A DNA stretch of 62,097 nt, the filler included, from Piptocephalis cylindrospora (Eukaryota), in assembly GCA_003614145.1 (NCBI GenBank). It is 7 parts of 7 records of this genome, joined end to end, with 100 filler letters (N's around TTAATTAATTAA, not from the genome) between each part and the next. Parts side by side here need not be neighbours in the genome. Positions count along the whole stretch, not along the records: positions 53,361 to 62,097 come from KZ988131.1; 6 more parts are not named here. The stretch is one strand, 5' to 3'. Below, piece by piece: positions 60,292 to 62,097 of this stretch. The notes under the pieces were generated by a model. It had not been told where the DNA came from, did not search any database, and saw only the letters and a list, made by a program, of their open reading frames with translations. Position numbers and translations under genes: made by a program. Position 1 is the stretch's first letter, and each line of letters opens with the position of its first letter.

Positions 60292-61985
60292 CACTTTCTA
60301 CCTAAGCTGGAGGGCTGGGAGAGGAAGAAGGCGGCTGATTCAGGTGAGAGTAATAAAGTGCTCCCTTTTCACTGAGACCTCATGATGGTAGATATACTCT
60401 CGCTCCACCTCTGAGGAGGCAGGAATAGTGATTGTTAGTTTTCGACGTTTTTTTTACGTTTCTGGACCTAATCGTCAAAGCTGATCTACTTGTAGGTGAT
60501 TTTTGATAGGATAAACTACATATTACCCTATTGAATAACTTCTTTCGTCGTTTATCAATGATCAAGACAACCTCAGCCTGTTTTCCCTCAGTGGGGTAAA
60601 TTAATGAATATGATGATGATAAACCCATTTTATTTTCCTCAGTGGGGGTAGGCGGATGGGCATCCGAACACGGTGTCTTAATGAATACCCAAATACAATA
60701 TTTACCTAATGATTCTGGTCAGCACAGCAATGTTACAGTTACTTTACACAAGGATAATGTGATGAATTGTTGTTCCTGGTATTACGCATGCTGGCCTATT
60801 AGGCGTGCTTATGTATTCGGATATCCTTGCCTGCCCTATCTGAGCGAAATGTAAAGGGATTTATCCTGATCATCAAAAACACTGTCTCAAGTCTCGTTCA
60901 TGCTTACATTTTTGACTTGAGAATGAAAAAGGCATTGATTCCATACTTTTTTTGGAAGAGGTAAGCTGTCGTCTGAAATAAGGATAGATCCTTTTCCTGC
61001 TCGTCAATGGGCTAAAGGGCAGCCTCTCTTTTGTCCTATCGAACTCACCTCCTTCCTCTTTTGGCGGGGACTCCTTGCCCTTGATCGCATTCACTCGCGG
61101 GTTTCTTCCTTTTTTCCATTGAGAATCCTTAAGGACGTTTCATCCTCCATATCCCGATTTTCCCCCGTCATTGATCCTTGGTCGATCCTTTTCCCCTTCC
61201 ATTGAACGAGGAAGGTGACGGCGGTTTCCTCCCATTGAGAGATATATCCTATGGGCTCTGGAATGGAGATGATCTCCATTGTCGCGATTTCCCCCTCCCT
61301 CCCCTCTTCCCCCTGCCCCTACTCCCACCTCCTCCCCCTTCCATTTCCCATGCCCCTGTGTACCTGAGTTCTACCTATCCGTATAGTGACACTGAGCGGA
61401 CAGCTGTACCACATGGATTGTCTTTCGCCTTAAGACCAAGCACATCCTCCTTGGGAGGATGAGTAAGTGACGAATTGCTCCGATTGGCTCTTTCCCTCAC
61501 ATCCTCTACCGTATATTCTGTTGAGGACTATCTCACCCATTTCATTGAGAAAGAATGGGGTTATGGCTTTTTGAATGGAGAGGGGACATGACCTGACATC
61601 CCCATCCCTCCCTGTCTAGATGAGATGGAGCGGTGTCCAAAATGGCGTGGTTGCATTTTCTAGTACAGTTCAGTGTGGCACAGTGTAGTACAGCTCAGTT
61701 CAGTTCAGCCCTGGACGACTCGGCTCGGCTCAGCAAAAGTGCGTACAACATTACTGTGACCCGATACCTTATCGGACCGTGGGGAGAAAAAAAGAGTGAT
61801 TGGGATCATCAAGAAACAGAGGGGCGCAGAAACCCTTTGCACAAAGCCCCCTACATTCCATCCCCACTCACACGCCCACACGCTCATCGATATGGGAGAC
61901 AAAACCTCACCGCCGTCCCCCCAGCCCAAATAGATAACATGAAGATGGAACAGCGCCATATTTAAGAGTGGGAAGATAAAGGGGT

Positions 61986-62040
61986 ATATGTGTATGTATG
62001 TATGTATGTGTGTGTGTGTGTGTGTGCATGTGTGTGTGTG

Positions 62041-62084
<44 letters not shown>
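61986..62084. repeat. (GT)n/(GTAT)n microsatellite at contig end
   Basis: Directly visible. Confidence 0.95.
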
Positions 62085-62086
<2 letters not shown>

Positions 62087-62097
62087 GCTGTGGGTGG

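Noticed and set aside
60873..61965. Short ORFs and CAGTN pentamer repeats after LUC7
   Set aside because: No recognisable domain or consistent splice model.

Overview
Compact, intron-containing eukaryotic DNA with short GT-AG introns and dense genes. It is most consistent with an early-diverging fungus, possibly a Zoopagomycota mycoparasite such as Piptocephalis (inference). The window is not one locus: seven unrelated contigs of strictly decreasing length (8845, 8839, 8782, 8769, 8767, 8758, 8737 nt) are joined by N44-TTAATTAATTAA-N44 spacers, so adjacency across gaps means nothing. Recognisable genes: RIX7/NVL, mitochondrial uL3, AIM29/UPF0538, nuclear PABP, Psh1-like RING E3, a kinase-SEL1 fusion, an N-terminal-only CSN3-like gene, Bin3/MePCE, an arabinokinase-like GT-B protein, a 7TM-RGS receptor, UDP-glucose 4-epimerase, tRNA-Val(CAC), haspin, a Ran1/Ksp1-like kinase, App1 phosphatase with a very long acidic tail, a receiver-domain gene fragment, MIC10, a centrin-like protein, USP7/UBP15 and LUC7. 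The best leads are a structured intergenic RNA with a telomere-template-like AACCCTAA (telomerase RNA candidate, ~20760-21305), a second structured ncRNA candidate (~13030-13270), two tiny secreted peptide genes (one Kex2-processed and cationic), and the kinase-SEL1 fusion. All RNA folds were read by eye and are unverified.
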